64,000 bases of DNA from Limisphaerales bacterium (GTDB lineage: Bacteria > Verrucomicrobiota > Verrucomicrobiia > Limisphaerales > AAA164-E04), in contig OZ244865.1 of assembly GCA_965221075.1 (NCBI GenBank), positions 2,164,126 to 2,228,125 of the forward strand, written 5' to 3'. Positions 1-8,907 of this stretch are shown in pieces; position 1 is the first letter of the stretch; each line of letters opens with the position of its first letter. Made by a program: the position numbers and the translations under genes. Under the pieces are notes generated by a model. The model saw only the letters and a program-made list of their open reading frames with translations, had not been told where the DNA came from and did not search any database.

Positions 1-490
1 GGCTGCGACCGGTGGCGCTCTCCATGTTCTTGTCGGCAAGCCGCTTGGAGGCGCTCGAGGGGGCCACCTCGATCTTCTGGTTGATCTTCACCGCGTAGGA
101 GGGGATGTCGACCCGGCGTCCGTCGACATGGATGTGCCCGTGGACCACCATCTGGCGGGCGGCGGGACGGGAGGGAGCCAGGCCCAGCCGGTAGATCACG
201 TTGTCCAGGCGGGTCTCCAGGATCTGCAGCATGATCAGGCCGGTGACCCCGCGGCTGCGCCTGGCCTTCTCGTAGACCGCTCGGAACTGCTTCTCGAGCA
301 CTCCGTAGTAGTAGCGGAACTTCTGCTTCTCGGCCAGCCGAAGGGCGAAGTCCGACTTCTTTCGCCGGATGTTGGTCTGTCCGTGGGCTCCCGGGCCGTA
401 CCGGCGGCGCTCCAGGTACTTGGAGGGGCCGAAGACCGGTACCTGGAGGCGGCGGCTGATCCGGTTCCTGGGGCCTGTGTATCTTGCCAT
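1..490 (-). CDS. rpsD: 30S ribosomal protein S4 (C-terminal end runs off the window start)
   Basis: Own reverse translation from ATG (complement of 488-490): MARYTGPRNRISRRLQVPVFGPSKYLERRRYGPGAHGQ...RLDNVIYRLGLAPSRPAARQMVVHGHIHVDGRRVDIPSY. Not in the ORF track because no stop lies in the window. Position after rpsK is canonical. Confidence 0.95.
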   Translation of the reverse strand, partial: MARYTGPRNRISRRLQVPVFGPSKYLERRRYGPGAHGQTNIRRKKSDFALRLAEKQKFRYYYGVLEKQFRAVYEKARRSRGVTGLIMLQILETRLDNVIYRLGLAPSRPAARQMVVHGHIHVDGRRVDIPSYAVKINQKIEVAPSSASKRLADKNMESATGRS

Positions 491-514
491 GCTGAGATGG
501 GTTCCCTTCCTGGA

Positions 515-1216
515 TCAGACCCGCCGCTTCTTGCGGGGGCGGCAGCCGTTGTGGGGCACCGGAGTGACGTCCTTGATCGCGGTGATCTCCAGCCCGATGG
601 CCTGCAGGGCGCGGATGGCGGACTCGCGTCCGGCGCCGGGTCCCTTGACCCGAACCTCCACCTGCTTCAGGCCGTGCGCCATCGCCTTGCGGGCCGCGTC
701 CTGGGAGACCTGCTGCGCGGCGAAGGCGGTGCTCTTGCGGGATCCGCTGTACCCTCTGCGGCCGGAGCTCGACCACGCGATCACGTTGCCCGACATGTCG
801 CTGATGGTCACCAGGGTGTTGTTGAAGGTGGCCATGATGCTGGCCACGCCCACCATGATGTTCTTGGAGCCCTTGGCCCGGATGATCTTCTTGCCGGTAT
901 CCTCCCCCGACAGCAGCTCCGAGGCGGAGGGGGCCTCGGCGGACTTCGGCTTTCCGGAGTCCCCGTCCCCGGCGTCCTTCCCCGGCTGGCCGGCTTCCTC
1001 CTTCTTGCCCGGCTGCCCGGCTTCCGGCTTCTTCCCGGAAGCCTCTCCTTCGGGCCCGCTCCCGGCTTCGGCCTTCTCGCCGGCGGAAGCCGGCTGGGAG
1101 GGAGGAGCAGGCTCGGCGGACGCCTCGGGCGCAGGCTCGGCAGACGCCTCGGGCGATGGATCGCCGGGCGGGGGCTCCTGCGCGGCCGGTTCCTTCTCTT
1201 CGGGTTCTTCTGGCAT
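515..1216 (-). CDS. rpsK: 30S ribosomal protein S11 with a ~105-aa low-complexity N-terminal extension
   Basis: C-terminal 125 aa are canonical S11 ([35 protein letters not shown]...[12 protein letters not shown]). The ATG at 1216 lies 15 nt after the rpsM stop. There is no in-frame ATG/GTG/TTG near the core start. Confidence 0.9.
   Translation of the reverse strand: MPEEPEEKEPAAQEPPPGDPSPEASAEPAPEASAEPAPPSQPASAGEKAEAGSGPEGEASGKKPEAGQPGKKEEAGQPGKDAGDGDSGKPKSAEAPSASELLSGEDTGKKIIRAKGSKNIMVGVASIMATFNNTLVTISDMSGNVIAWSSSGRRGYSGSRKSTAFAAQQVSQDAARKAMAHGLKQVEVRVKGPGAGRESAIRALQAIGLEITAIKDVTPVPHNGCRPRKKRRV
1107..1154 (-). repeat. 24-nt tandem duplication (2 copies, 1 mismatch) inside the rpsK N-terminal extension
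   Basis: gcaggctcggcGgacgcctcgggc (1107-1130) followed by gcaggctcggcAgacgcctcgggc (1131-1154). Encodes the repeated PEASAEPA. Confidence 0.95.
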
Positions 1217-1231
1217 GGCTGCTGCTTGGCG

Positions 1232-1627
1232 CTAGTGGACGCCGGACTTGGCCTTGGGATTCCTCTGCACGCCGACCGTCTTGCGAGGGCCCTTGCGGGT
1301 GCGGGCGTTGGTCGAGGTACGCTGGCCCCGGACCGGCAGCCCGCGGACATGGCGCAGGCCCCGGTAGGACTTGATCGCCTGCAGGCGCTTGAGGTTCATT
1401 CCGACCTCGCGGCGCAGATCCCCCTCGATCAGGTGCTGCCCTTCCTGGATGGCCCGGACGATGCCGCTGATCTGCTCCTCGGTGAGGTCCTTGGCACGCT
1501 GCGAGGGCTCCAGTCCCGCCCTTTCGAGGATGGAGCGGGAAAGGGACGGCCCCACTCCGTAGAGGTAGCGCAGGGAGATGTCGATGCGCTTCTCGCCGGG
1601 GATGTCTACGCCGAGGATTCTTGGCAT
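1232..1627 (-). CDS. rpsM: 30S ribosomal protein S13
   Basis: [26 protein letters not shown]...[31 protein letters not shown] lies upstream of the ATG. Confidence 0.97.
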   Translation of the reverse strand: MPRILGVDIPGEKRIDISLRYLYGVGPSLSRSILERAGLEPSQRAKDLTEEQISGIVRAIQEGQHLIEGDLRREVGMNLKRLQAIKSYRGLRHVRGLPVRGQRTSTNARTRKGPRKTVGVQRNPKAKSGVH

Positions 1628-1643
1628 GCCGCTCGTCCTTTCG

Positions 1644-1757
1644 CTAGCCCTGGCGCTGCTTGTGCCGGGGATTGGAGCACACCACCCGGATCACCCCCCG
1701 ACGGCGGATGACGCGGCAGTGCTCGCACAGCTTCTTGACCGATGTCCTGACCTTCAT
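1644..1757 (-). CDS. rpmJ: 50S ribosomal protein L36 (Zn-ribbon form)
   Basis: Own translation: [37 protein letters not shown], stop TAG. Too short for the ORF track. Has the C-x2-C...C-x4-H pattern. Confidence 0.93.
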   Translation of the reverse strand: MKVRTSVKKLCEHCRVIRRRGVIRVVCSNPRHKQRQG

Positions 1758-1820
1758 TGTCCTAGCCTTGCTCCCGCAGGTCCCCTCCGCCGGCAGAAGC
1801 GGGCTGGTCTCCGGGACTCC

Positions 1821-2606
1821 TCATTTCCTGCCTGCCCCAGCCGCCTCCGAGGGAACGTTCTCGGGGCAGGTGAGCACCTCCGGCTCCCCCTCGGTCACCA
1901 GCACCGTGTGCTCGAAGTGCGCCGAGCGCCTCCCGTCTCCGGTGACCACCGTCCACCCGTCCTCCAGGCAGCGCACCCGGGCGGTTCCCTGGGCGGCCAT
2001 CGGCTCGATCGCCAGGGTCATCCCCGGCTCGAGCCGGGGGGTGGGGCGTCCGCTCGTGAAGTTGGGAACCTGCGGCTCCTCGTGGAGGGTGCGTCCCACG
2101 CCGTGCCCCGAATACTCCCTGACCACCGAGAGGGATGCGTCCTCCAAGCACCGCTGGACCGCCGCCGAGATGTCCCCGACCCGGTTGCCGGGGAGCGCCT
2201 GCGCCAGGCCCTCGAGGAGGGACCTTTCGGTAGCCTCCAGCAGCCTGCTGTCCTCGGGAGAGCAGGATCCCACCGCCACCGTGGTCGCGTTGTCCCCGAT
2301 GAATCCTCGGTAGGCGACGCCGACGTCCAGGGAGACAAGATCCCCCGTCTCGAGCCTGCGCTCCGAGGGCAGGCCGTGGACCACCTCCTCGTTGATCGAG
2401 ATGCAGATGTGGAAGCCGTAGCCGTGGTATCCCAGGAAGGCGCTCTCAGCTCCCAACTCCCGGATACGCTCGGCGGCGAACCGGTCCAGATCCCGGGTGG
2501 CGATCCCCGCCTCCACCCGGGCCGCCACCTGGCGCAGCACCAGGCTGGCGACGCCGCCCGCCTCGCGCATCGACTGGATCTCGGACTCGGTCTTGATCGG
2601 GATCAT
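1821..2606 (-). CDS. map: type I methionine aminopeptidase
   Basis: 261 aa. Shows HGYGFHICISINEEVVHG, DVGVAYRGFIGD, YSGHGVGRTLHE and FEHTVLVT metal-ligand blocks. Follows secY. Confidence 0.95.
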   Translation of the reverse strand: MIPIKTESEIQSMREAGGVASLVLRQVAARVEAGIATRDLDRFAAERIRELGAESAFLGYHGYGFHICISINEEVVHGLPSERRLETGDLVSLDVGVAYRGFIGDNATTVAVGSCSPEDSRLLEATERSLLEGLAQALPGNRVGDISAAVQRCLEDASLSVVREYSGHGVGRTLHEEPQVPNFTSGRPTPRLEPGMTLAIEPMAAQGTARVRCLEDGWTVVTGDGRRSAHFEHTVLVTEGEPEVLTCPENVPSEAAGAGRK

Positions 2607-2613
2607 TCCGGCC

Positions 2614-4014
2614 CTAGAAGCGGCCCCTCACCCTGCCCTTCTTCATGAACCCGTCGTAGTGGCGGGTGAGCAGGTGGGACTCGATCTGGCGCATGGTGTC
2701 GAGCACCACGCCCACGGTGATCAGGATGCTGGTTCCCCCGAAGTAGGAGCCCACCAGGTGGGGCACCTCAAGAAGCTGGTAGAGCAGCAGGGGGATGGTG
2801 GCGATGATAATCAGGAAGATCGCTCCGGCGAAGGTGATCCGGCTCATGGTGCGGTGCAGGAAGTCGCTGGTGGCCTTCCCCGGCCTCACCCCCGGGATGT
2901 ACCCGCCGTTCTTCTTCAGATCGTCGGCGATCTGGATCTCGTTGAACTGGGTCGACACCCAGAAGTAGGAGAAGAACAGGATCATCAGCGCCTGGACGAT
3001 CACGAATCCGACGCTGGCGTACGCGGTGATCTTCATGAGCTGGCTGAAGAAATCGATGCTGGTGGCGCCGTAGAGCCCATTGAAGATCATGGTGGGAAGC
3101 ATCAGCAGCGCCTGGGCGAAGATGATCGGCATCACGCCGGCGTAGTTCACCCGCAGGGGCATGAAGGAGCTTCCCCCCTGGTAGACCTTGCGTCCGACCG
3201 CGCGGCGGGCGTACTGCACCGGGATCTTCCTCTGGGCCTGGATCACCGCGATCACCGCGGCGGTCACCGCCACCAGGATCAGCACCAGGGCCACCCCGTG
3301 GAAGAGGTGGTGCGAGGCCTCCATCCCCTCGCCGGCGGGCGCGAACATGAACGCCAGCTGGCGCCCCGCCGAGGGAAGGTCGGCTAGGATGCCTATGGTG
3401 ATCACCATCGATATGCCGTTGCCGATGCCCCGTTCGGTGATCTGCTCGCCCAGCCACATCAGGAGCAGGGTGCCGGTGGTGAGGATCAGCACCGTCTGGA
3501 TCCGGTACCACCAGATCGAGTCCACCATCACCAGCTTCCCCTCGAAGCCTTGGAACACCACCGCGGGGTTCTCCCAGCTCAGGGCCATGGCCGATCCCTG
3601 CCCCAGGCAGAGGATCACCGTGAAGTAGCGTCCGTACTGGATGATCTTGGAGCGCCCCCCCTCCTCCCGCGCCAGCTTGCTCAGTCCCGGAAGAACCGCG
3701 GTCATCAGCTGGAGGATGATGGTGGCGCTGATGTAGGGCATGATCCCCAGGGAGCCGATGGCGCAGTTCCTGAGTGCGCCCCCGGTGAACATGCTGTACA
3801 TACCCAGGATGCCGGGGCCGCCCCCCTCCCCTTCGGTTGCTCTGCTCAGCGAATTTTCGAACCATTCCGAGAGCTCCTTCCCGTCCAGGCCGGGGACGGG
3901 GACCAGGGCGATCAGGCGGCAGACCGCAAGCAGCAGGAGGGTGAAGAAGATCCGGGACTTGAGGTCGGGGATCCTGAAGCAGTTGACGAAGGTGCTGGCG
4001 ATTCCGGAGAGCAT
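2614..4014 (-). CDS. secY: preprotein translocase subunit SecY
   Basis: 466 aa, multi-TM. Shows GIMPYISATIILQL, QYGRYFTV, PGVRPGKATSDFL and SILITVGVVLDTM motifs. Confidence 0.96.
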   Translation of the reverse strand: MLSGIASTFVNCFRIPDLKSRIFFTLLLLAVCRLIALVPVPGLDGKELSEWFENSLSRATEGEGGGPGILGMYSMFTGGALRNCAIGSLGIMPYISATIILQLMTAVLPGLSKLAREEGGRSKIIQYGRYFTVILCLGQGSAMALSWENPAVVFQGFEGKLVMVDSIWWYRIQTVLILTTGTLLLMWLGEQITERGIGNGISMVITIGILADLPSAGRQLAFMFAPAGEGMEASHHLFHGVALVLILVAVTAAVIAVIQAQRKIPVQYARRAVGRKVYQGGSSFMPLRVNYAGVMPIIFAQALLMLPTMIFNGLYGATSIDFFSQLMKITAYASVGFVIVQALMILFFSYFWVSTQFNEIQIADDLKKNGGYIPGVRPGKATSDFLHRTMSRITFAGAIFLIIIATIPLLLYQLLEVPHLVGSYFGGTSILITVGVVLDTMRQIESHLLTRHYDGFMKKGRVRGRF

Positions 4015-4035
4015 GGCGGGAAGGCTTCCCCTGGA

Positions 4036-4515
4036 TCAGGACTGCCCGGATTCCCCGGCGGCGGGACGGAGGGGAGCCACCTCGCAGGCCCCCCCGGCCG
4101 CCTCGATCTTCCTGCGCGCTCCGGCGCTGAAGGCCTGGGCGCGCACCACCAGCTTCCGGGTCAGATCCCCCTCGCCCAGGATCTTGATCCCGTCGGCCCT
4201 GCCGCGGGCCAGCCCCGCCGAGGCCATCGCCTCGGCGTCCACCACCGCCTCCGCCTCGAAGCGCTCGAGCGCTCCCACGTTGACCGGGATGTAGACGGTG
4301 GCATGGCGAGCGTTGCTGAATCCCCGCTTGGGCAGCCGCCGGATCAGGGGCATCTGCCCTCCCTCGAATCCGGGACGGAAGCCGCGGCCCGAGCGGGCCT
4401 TGTGTCCCTTGTGCCCGCGGCCGCTGGTCTTGCCCAGTCCGCTGGACTCCCCCTGGCCCAGGCGCTTGCGACGGTGCTTGGAGCCGGGAAGGGGCTTGAG
4501 ATCGTGGAGTCGCAT
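4036..4515 (-). CDS. rplO: 50S ribosomal protein L15
   Basis: MRLHDLKPLPGSKHRRKRLGQGESSGLGKTSGRGHKG...FEGGQMPLIRRLPKRGF. Confidence 0.96.
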   Translation of the reverse strand: MRLHDLKPLPGSKHRRKRLGQGESSGLGKTSGRGHKGHKARSGRGFRPGFEGGQMPLIRRLPKRGFSNARHATVYIPVNVGALERFEAEAVVDAEAMASAGLARGRADGIKILGEGDLTRKLVVRAQAFSAGARRKIEAAGGACEVAPLRPAAGESGQS

Positions 4516-4518
4516 CGG

Positions 4519-5553
4519 CTACGGACGGGGCTGGTCTTCCGGATTTTCCTGCGGCAGGGAGCCTCCCCCGGCGGCGGGAGCCTCCCCTTCCTCCGCCCGA
4601 GGCCCTTCCGGAGGGGACGCCCCGGGTTCCGGCGCCGCGCCTTCTGCCCGGGCGGTCTCTTCCCGAATGTCAGGATCCGGGGCCGTGGGAGCCTCTCCAG
4701 AGGCCGGTTCCGGAGCGGGAGGCGAATCTGGCAGGGGCTGCTCCCCGGCAGCAGCCGCTTCCCCGGCGACAGGCTCTGAAGAGCCGGGCCCGGACACGGC
4801 GGGTTCGGCGGCAGGAGCCACTCCCTGCGGGGCCGGGGCTGAGTCTCCGGAGGCGGACTCCTCCCCGGCGGACCCGGACGGGGCCGTCTCTCCGGCGGCC
4901 GCCTCGCTGACCTCCCCGGAGGCGGGGGCCGGCTCCTTCTCATTCTTAGAAGGCAGCTCGATGCCGCGCTTGGCCAGGATGTCGGCCTTGCGGCGCAGGC
5001 CGATCAGGGCGTTGAGCGTAGCCTTGGCCACGTTGGAGGCGTTGTTGGAGCCGAGGGACTTGGTCAGCACGTTCTTGACCCCGGCCAGCTCCAGCACCGA
5101 GCGCACCACCTTGCCGGCGATCACTCCGGTTCCCGGACTGGCCGGGCGGAGGATGATGTTGGCACCGCCGAAGAAGGTGTTCATCCGGTGGGGAATGGTG
5201 CCCTCCACCAGGGCCACCTCCATCATCGACTTGCGCGCGTTCTCGTTCCCCTTGCGGATGGCGTCGGCCACCTCTCCCGCCTTGCCCAGGCCCAGGCCCA
5301 CCTTGCCCTTGCTGTCGCCTGCCACCACCAGAGCGCTGAAGTTGAAGCGGCGCCCCCCCTTTACCACCTTGGAGGAGCGGTTGACGAAGATCACCTTCTC
5401 GCTGACCTCGCCCTCCTCGCGCTCCCCGCCCTGCGGGCGGCCGCCCCATCCCCGGCGGCCGCCGGGCCGGCCGCCGAAGCCGCCGCGGAAGCCTCCCGGC
5501 CGGGGAGGGCCGCCGAACCTGCCCCCGCTTCCTCTGCTGGATGTCTCTGGCAC
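4519..5553 (-). CDS. rpsE: 30S ribosomal protein S5 with an RGG-rich N-terminus and a ~144-aa acidic C-terminal tail
   Basis: Core is canonical S5 (VIFVNRSSKVVKGGRRFNFSALVVAGD...GTGVIAGKVVRSVLELAGVKNVLTKSLGSNN). Start is GTG at 5553. The first in-frame stop after the core is at 4519-4521, 3 nt before the rplO start. Confidence 0.92.
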   Translation of the reverse strand: MPETSSRGSGGRFGGPPRPGGFRGGFGGRPGGRRGWGGRPQGGEREEGEVSEKVIFVNRSSKVVKGGRRFNFSALVVAGDSKGKVGLGLGKAGEVADAIRKGNENARKSMMEVALVEGTIPHRMNTFFGGANIILRPASPGTGVIAGKVVRSVLELAGVKNVLTKSLGSNNASNVAKATLNALIGLRRKADILAKRGIELPSKNEKEPAPASGEVSEAAAGETAPSGSAGEESASGDSAPAPQGVAPAAEPAVSGPGSSEPVAGEAAAAGEQPLPDSPPAPEPASGEAPTAPDPDIREETARAEGAAPEPGASPPEGPRAEEGEAPAAGGGSLPQENPEDQPRP

Positions 5554-5570
5554 GGATTCTCTCTCGCCGT

Positions 5571-5933
5571 CTAGAACTGCAGGCCGCCGGTCCGGGCCGC
5601 CTCGGCCAGGGCCTTCACCTTTCCATGGTAGCGGGCGCCGCTCCGGTCGAACACCACGCTGCGGATCCCCTTCTCCCTGGCCGCCTCCGCCGCCATCTCC
5701 CCCAGCGCCGCCGCTCCCTCCTTGTTGGCCGAGATCCCCCGGTCCCGCACGCCGCGCGCCACCGAGGAGACCGAGGCCAGGGTGCTGCCCGCCTGATCGT
5801 CGATGAACTGCACGTAGGCGTTGCGGCCGGTGAAGCGCACGCTCATGCGCGGGCGCTCGCTGGTTCCCGACACCTTCCGGCGGATGCGGAAGCGGCGCCG
5901 GGCGAAGAGCTGGTTCTGCTTCCTGGTCTTCAT
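5571..5933 (-). CDS. rplR: 50S ribosomal protein L18
   Basis: Internal ATG (complement 5931-5933) of the run-on ORF 5571..6383 gives 120 aa: MKTRKQNQLFARRRFRIRRKVSGTSERPRMSVRFTGRNAYVQFIDD...VVFDRSGARYHGKVKALAEAAR. Confidence 0.93.
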   Translation of the reverse strand: MKTRKQNQLFARRRFRIRRKVSGTSERPRMSVRFTGRNAYVQFIDDQAGSTLASVSSVARGVRDRGISANKEGAAALGEMAAEAAREKGIRSVVFDRSGARYHGKVKALAEAARTGGLQF

Positions 5934-5947
5934 GATCCCCGCATCTC

Positions 5948-6484
5948 CTACTGGACGGTCTTGCCCTCCTTGCGGATCAGCTTCTCGCCCTTGTAGCGCA
6001 CCCCCTTGCCCTTGTAGGGCTCGGGCGGGTAGAAGCTGCGGATCTCCGAGGCGACCCGGCCCACCGCCTGCTTGTCGGCCCCCTCGACGGCGATCGCGGT
6101 CCCCTCGCTGACCCTCACCTCGATGCCCTCGGGCACCTGGTAGCTGATGGTGTGCGAGTAGCCCAGGCTGAGGTCCAGGCTCCGGCCCTTGAGGACGGCC
6201 TTGAAGCCCACCCCCTGGATCTCCAGCTCCCGGACGAATCCCCGCGACACCCCGGCCACCATGTTGCTGACCAGGGCGCGGGCCAGGCCGTGGCGCTCCC
6301 GGGCCTGCTTGTCGTCGCCCTGCCGCTCCACCCGGATGGCCCCCTCCTCCAGGGAGAGCGAGGTCCGGGCCGGCAGCTCCCACTCCAGGCGACCCTTGGG
6401 GCCCTCCACCCCGATGGTCCGATCCTCGATTTCCACCTTCACCCCCCCGGGCACCGGGATGGGCATCCTTCCGATCCTCGACAT
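5948..6484 (-). CDS. rplF: 50S ribosomal protein L6
   Basis: MSRIGRMPIPVPGGVKVEIED...GYSHTISYQVPEGIEV...PPEPYKGKGVRYKGE. Confidence 0.96.
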   Translation of the reverse strand: MSRIGRMPIPVPGGVKVEIEDRTIGVEGPKGRLEWELPARTSLSLEEGAIRVERQGDDKQARERHGLARALVSNMVAGVSRGFVRELEIQGVGFKAVLKGRSLDLSLGYSHTISYQVPEGIEVRVSEGTAIAVEGADKQAVGRVASEIRSFYPPEPYKGKGVRYKGEKLIRKEGKTVQ

Positions 6485-6488
6485 GGCG

Positions 6489-6872
6489 CTACCAGACGTT
6501 GCAGATCACCTCGCCGCCGATGTTCCTGCGCCGCGCGTCCCGTCCCGACATCACTCCGCGCGAGGTGGAGAGGATGGTAACCCCCATGCCTCCCAGCACC
6601 CTCGGGATCTCGCCCGAGCCCACGTAGTGCCGCAGTCCCGGCCGGCTCACCCGCTCGATCCCCGAGATCACGCTCCTGCGGTCCCGGTAGCGGAGGGTCA
6701 TCTCGATCTCCTTGCGGATTCCGCCCGAGACCCGGTACCCGTCGATGTAGCCCTCCCGCTGGAGGATCCGGACCACCCCCTCCTTGATCCGGGAGTGGGG
6801 CGCACGCACCCGGGGCAGGAGCGCGGCCCCCGCGTTGCGGATGCCGGTCAGCATGTTGGCGATGGTGTCCAT
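6489..6872 (-). CDS. rpsH: 30S ribosomal protein S8
   Basis: MDTIANMLTGIRNAGAA...ILQREGYIDGY...GMGVTILSTSRGVMSGRDARRRNIGGEVICNVW. Confidence 0.96.
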   Translation of the reverse strand: MDTIANMLTGIRNAGAALLPRVRAPHSRIKEGVVRILQREGYIDGYRVSGGIRKEIEMTLRYRDRRSVISGIERVSRPGLRHYVGSGEIPRVLGGMGVTILSTSRGVMSGRDARRRNIGGEVICNVW

Positions 6873-6878
6873 GGACTC

Positions 6879-7148
6879 CTACCAGCTGGCCTTGGTCACC
6901 CCGGGGATCATCCCCGAGAGCGCCATCTCCCGGAAGGCGAGCCGGGAGCAGCCGAACTTGCGGAAGAACCCGTGGCGGCGCCCGGTCACGTTGCAGCGGT
7001 TGACCACCCGGGTGGGGCTGGCGTTGCGCGGCAGCCTGCTGAGGGCCTCGTAGTCGCGCTGGGCCCGCAGCTCGGCCCGCAGCTCGGCGTACTTCCTGAC
7101 CGTCTCGGCCTTCCTCCTGTTCCTCTCTATCCAGGCTCTCTTCGCCAT
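6879..7148 (-). CDS. rpsN: 30S ribosomal protein S14 (long, non-zinc type)
   Basis: 89 aa. [40 protein letters not shown]. Confidence 0.95.
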   Translation of the reverse strand: MAKRAWIERNRRKAETVRKYAELRAELRAQRDYEALSRLPRNASPTRVVNRCNVTGRRHGFFRKFGCSRLAFREMALSGMIPGVTKASW

Positions 7149-7174
7149 GTCTTGCTCCGCTGGCAGCTCCCTCC

Positions 7175-7711
7175 TCAGGCGAAGGGCATTCCCATCAGCT
7201 CGAGGAAGCGGCGTGCCTCCCCGTCGTTGCGCGCCGAAGTCACCAGGGTGATGTCCATCCCCTGGGTGCGCTTGACCTTGTCGAGATCGATCTCGGGAAA
7301 GATGGTCTGGTCGGATACGCCCAGCGAGTAGTTCCCGGTCCCGTCGAAGGAGCGGGAGGAGATTCCCCGGAAGTCCCGGATCCGGGGCAGGGCCGCGGTG
7401 ATCAGCCGGTCGAAGAACTCGTACATCGCCTCGCGCCGCAGGGTCACCCGGCAGCCGATCGGCTGGCCGGCCCGCAGCTTGAAGTTGGAGACGCTCCTGC
7501 GGGCCCGGCAGGGCACCGGCTTGCGGCCGGTGATCAGCGACAGGTCGTGCATCGCGTCCTCCAGCGCCCCCTTCTCCAGGTTGGCGCCCACCCCCATGTT
7601 GACCACGATCTTCTCCAGCCGCGGGACCTGGTGGATGTTGGCGTAGCCGCCCTTCTCCCGCAGCTCGGGCACCACCGTCTCCAGGTACGTCCGTTGGAGC
7701 CTGGGCTTCAT
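7175..7711 (-). CDS. rplE: 50S ribosomal protein L5
   Basis: [42 protein letters not shown]...[28 protein letters not shown]. Confidence 0.96.
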   Translation of the reverse strand: MKPRLQRTYLETVVPELREKGGYANIHQVPRLEKIVVNMGVGANLEKGALEDAMHDLSLITGRKPVPCRARRSVSNFKLRAGQPIGCRVTLRREAMYEFFDRLITAALPRIRDFRGISSRSFDGTGNYSLGVSDQTIFPEIDLDKVKRTQGMDITLVTSARNDGEARRFLELMGMPFA

Positions 7712-8007
7712 TCGCTCTGTTCCTCCTCCACGGCGCCCTCGCCGGCGGCGGCGCGCCGCCCGGCCCGCAGGTCCCAGCGCTCGGCGCGCATCACGTTGGA
7801 GGCGTGGATGCTCCCCTCCCGCTCCACGATGGCCCCTTCGGGGTAGCTCTGGCTCTTGCGGGTGTGGCGCTTGATGATCTTCACTCCCTCGACGATCACC
7901 CGCTGCTTGGCGGGCAGCACCGCGATCACCTTGCCGCGCTTGCCGCGCTCGGTGCCCGAGAGGACCACCACCTCGTCCCCCTTCCTGACATGGACTCTGG
8001 TCGGCAT
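7708..8007 (-). CDS. rplX: 50S ribosomal protein L24
   Basis: ATG (complement 8005-8007) inside the run-on ORF 7708..8550 gives 99 aa: [30 protein letters not shown]...[14 protein letters not shown]. Has an ATGA overlap with rplE. Confidence 0.93.
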   Translation of the reverse strand: MPTRVHVRKGDEVVVLSGTERGKRGKVIAVLPAKQRVIVEGVKIIKRHTRKSQSYPEGAIVEREGSIHASNVMRAERWDLRAGRRAAAGEGAVEEEQSE

Positions 8008-8012
8008 GGCGG

Positions 8013-8378
8013 CTAGATGACCTCGGGGGCCAGGGAGACGATCTTGGTGAACTTCTTCTCCCTGAGCTCGCGAGCCACCGGCCCGAAGATGCGCGTGCCC
8101 CGGGGATTGCGGTCCTTGTCGATGATCACCACCGCGTTGGAGTCGAAGCGCAGGTAGGAGCCGTCTTCGCGGCGGATCGAGTTGCGGGTGCGCACCACCA
8201 CCGCGTTGACCACGTCGCCCTTCTTGACCGAGCCGTCGGGGGTGGCCTCCCTGATGTGGGCCTTGACGATGTCGCCGATGCGGGCGGAGCGCTTCCCCTG
8301 GCCCAGCACCCCGATGGCCGAGGCCTTGCGGGCCCCGGTGTTGTCGGCCACGCTCAACTGGCTTCGTAGCTGGAGCAT
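8013..8378 (-). CDS. rplN: 50S ribosomal protein L14
   Basis: [26 protein letters not shown]...[25 protein letters not shown]. Confidence 0.97.
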   Translation of the reverse strand: MLQLRSQLSVADNTGARKASAIGVLGQGKRSARIGDIVKAHIREATPDGSVKKGDVVNAVVVRTRNSIRREDGSYLRFDSNAVVIIDKDRNPRGTRIFGPVARELREKKFTKIVSLAPEVI

Positions 8379-8384
8379 CCTTCC

Positions 8385-8696
8385 CTATCCTTCCCGTGCG
8401 GACCGGTCCCGGCTCCCGGCTCCGTCCGTGCGCCCCCGCCTCAGCACCTCCACCAGGCGCCAGGACTTGGTCCGGGAGAGGGGCCGGGTCTCCAGGATCC
8501 TCACCTGGTCCCCGATGCGCGCCTCCTCCTTCTCGTCGTGGGCGTAGCACTTGCTGAACAGGGTGACCACCTTGCGGTAGAGGGGATGGTGCGCCCGCCG
8601 CCGCACCCGGACCACGATGGTCCGGTCCATCCGGTCGGAGATCACCTCGCCCACGCGCTCCTTGCGGTGGCCGCGTCTTTCCTTCGCCTCGCTCAT
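8385..8696 (-). CDS. rpsQ: 30S ribosomal protein S17
   Basis: RVGEVISDRMDRTIVVRVRRRAHHPLYRKVVTLFSKCYAHDEKEEARIGDQVRILETRPLSRTKSWRLVEVL. Has a short basic C-terminal tail. Confidence 0.95.
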   Translation of the reverse strand: MSEAKERRGHRKERVGEVISDRMDRTIVVRVRRRAHHPLYRKVVTLFSKCYAHDEKEEARIGDQVRILETRPLSRTKSWRLVEVLRRGRTDGAGSRDRSAREG

Positions 8697-8902
8697 CGGC
8701 CGGTCCGGCTCCTCCTGACCATCGAGATGCGGGTCTCGATCCTGGCGATGTCCCGCCTCAGCTCCCTCAGCAGCGACGGCTTCTCCAGCTGGCTGCTCGA
8801 CTTCTGCAGGCGCAGGTGGAAGAGCTCCTGCCGGGCGTCCCGGTTCTTGGCGCTCAGCTCCACGGGCGAGAGATCCTCCAGATCCGACATCTTCAGCGGC
8901 AT
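8693..8902 (-). CDS. rpmC: 50S ribosomal protein L29
   Basis: ATG (complement 8900-8902) in the run-on ORF 8693..9427 gives 69 aa: MPLKMSDLEDLSPVELSAKNRDARQELFHLRLQKSSSQLEKPSLLRELRRDIARIETRI. The start could instead be the MSDLE Met, 4 codons downstream. Confidence 0.9.
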   Translation of the reverse strand: MPLKMSDLEDLSPVELSAKNRDARQELFHLRLQKSSSQLEKPSLLRELRRDIARIETRISMVRRSRTGR

Positions 8903-8907
8903 GGCGT

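Noticed and set aside
128-1711. 527-aa plus-strand ORF and neighbouring plus-strand ORFs (369..1235, 1578..2648, 2497..3387, 3550..4779, 4298..5806)
   Set aside because: Antisense to rpsD, rpsK, rpsM, map, secY, rplO and rpsE. Translations are repetitive Gly/Arg/Leu/Pro strings.
1758-1820. Search for infA between map and rpmJ, and for adk between secY and map (2607..2613)
   Set aside because: The gaps are 63 nt and 7 nt, too short for either gene. They must lie elsewhere in the genome.
4519-4953. Search for a hidden rpmD (L30) gene between the S5 core and rplO
   Set aside because: No frame on the minus strand gives anything like L30. The only other ORF (4344..4943) is a Pro/Arg-rich off-frame artefact.
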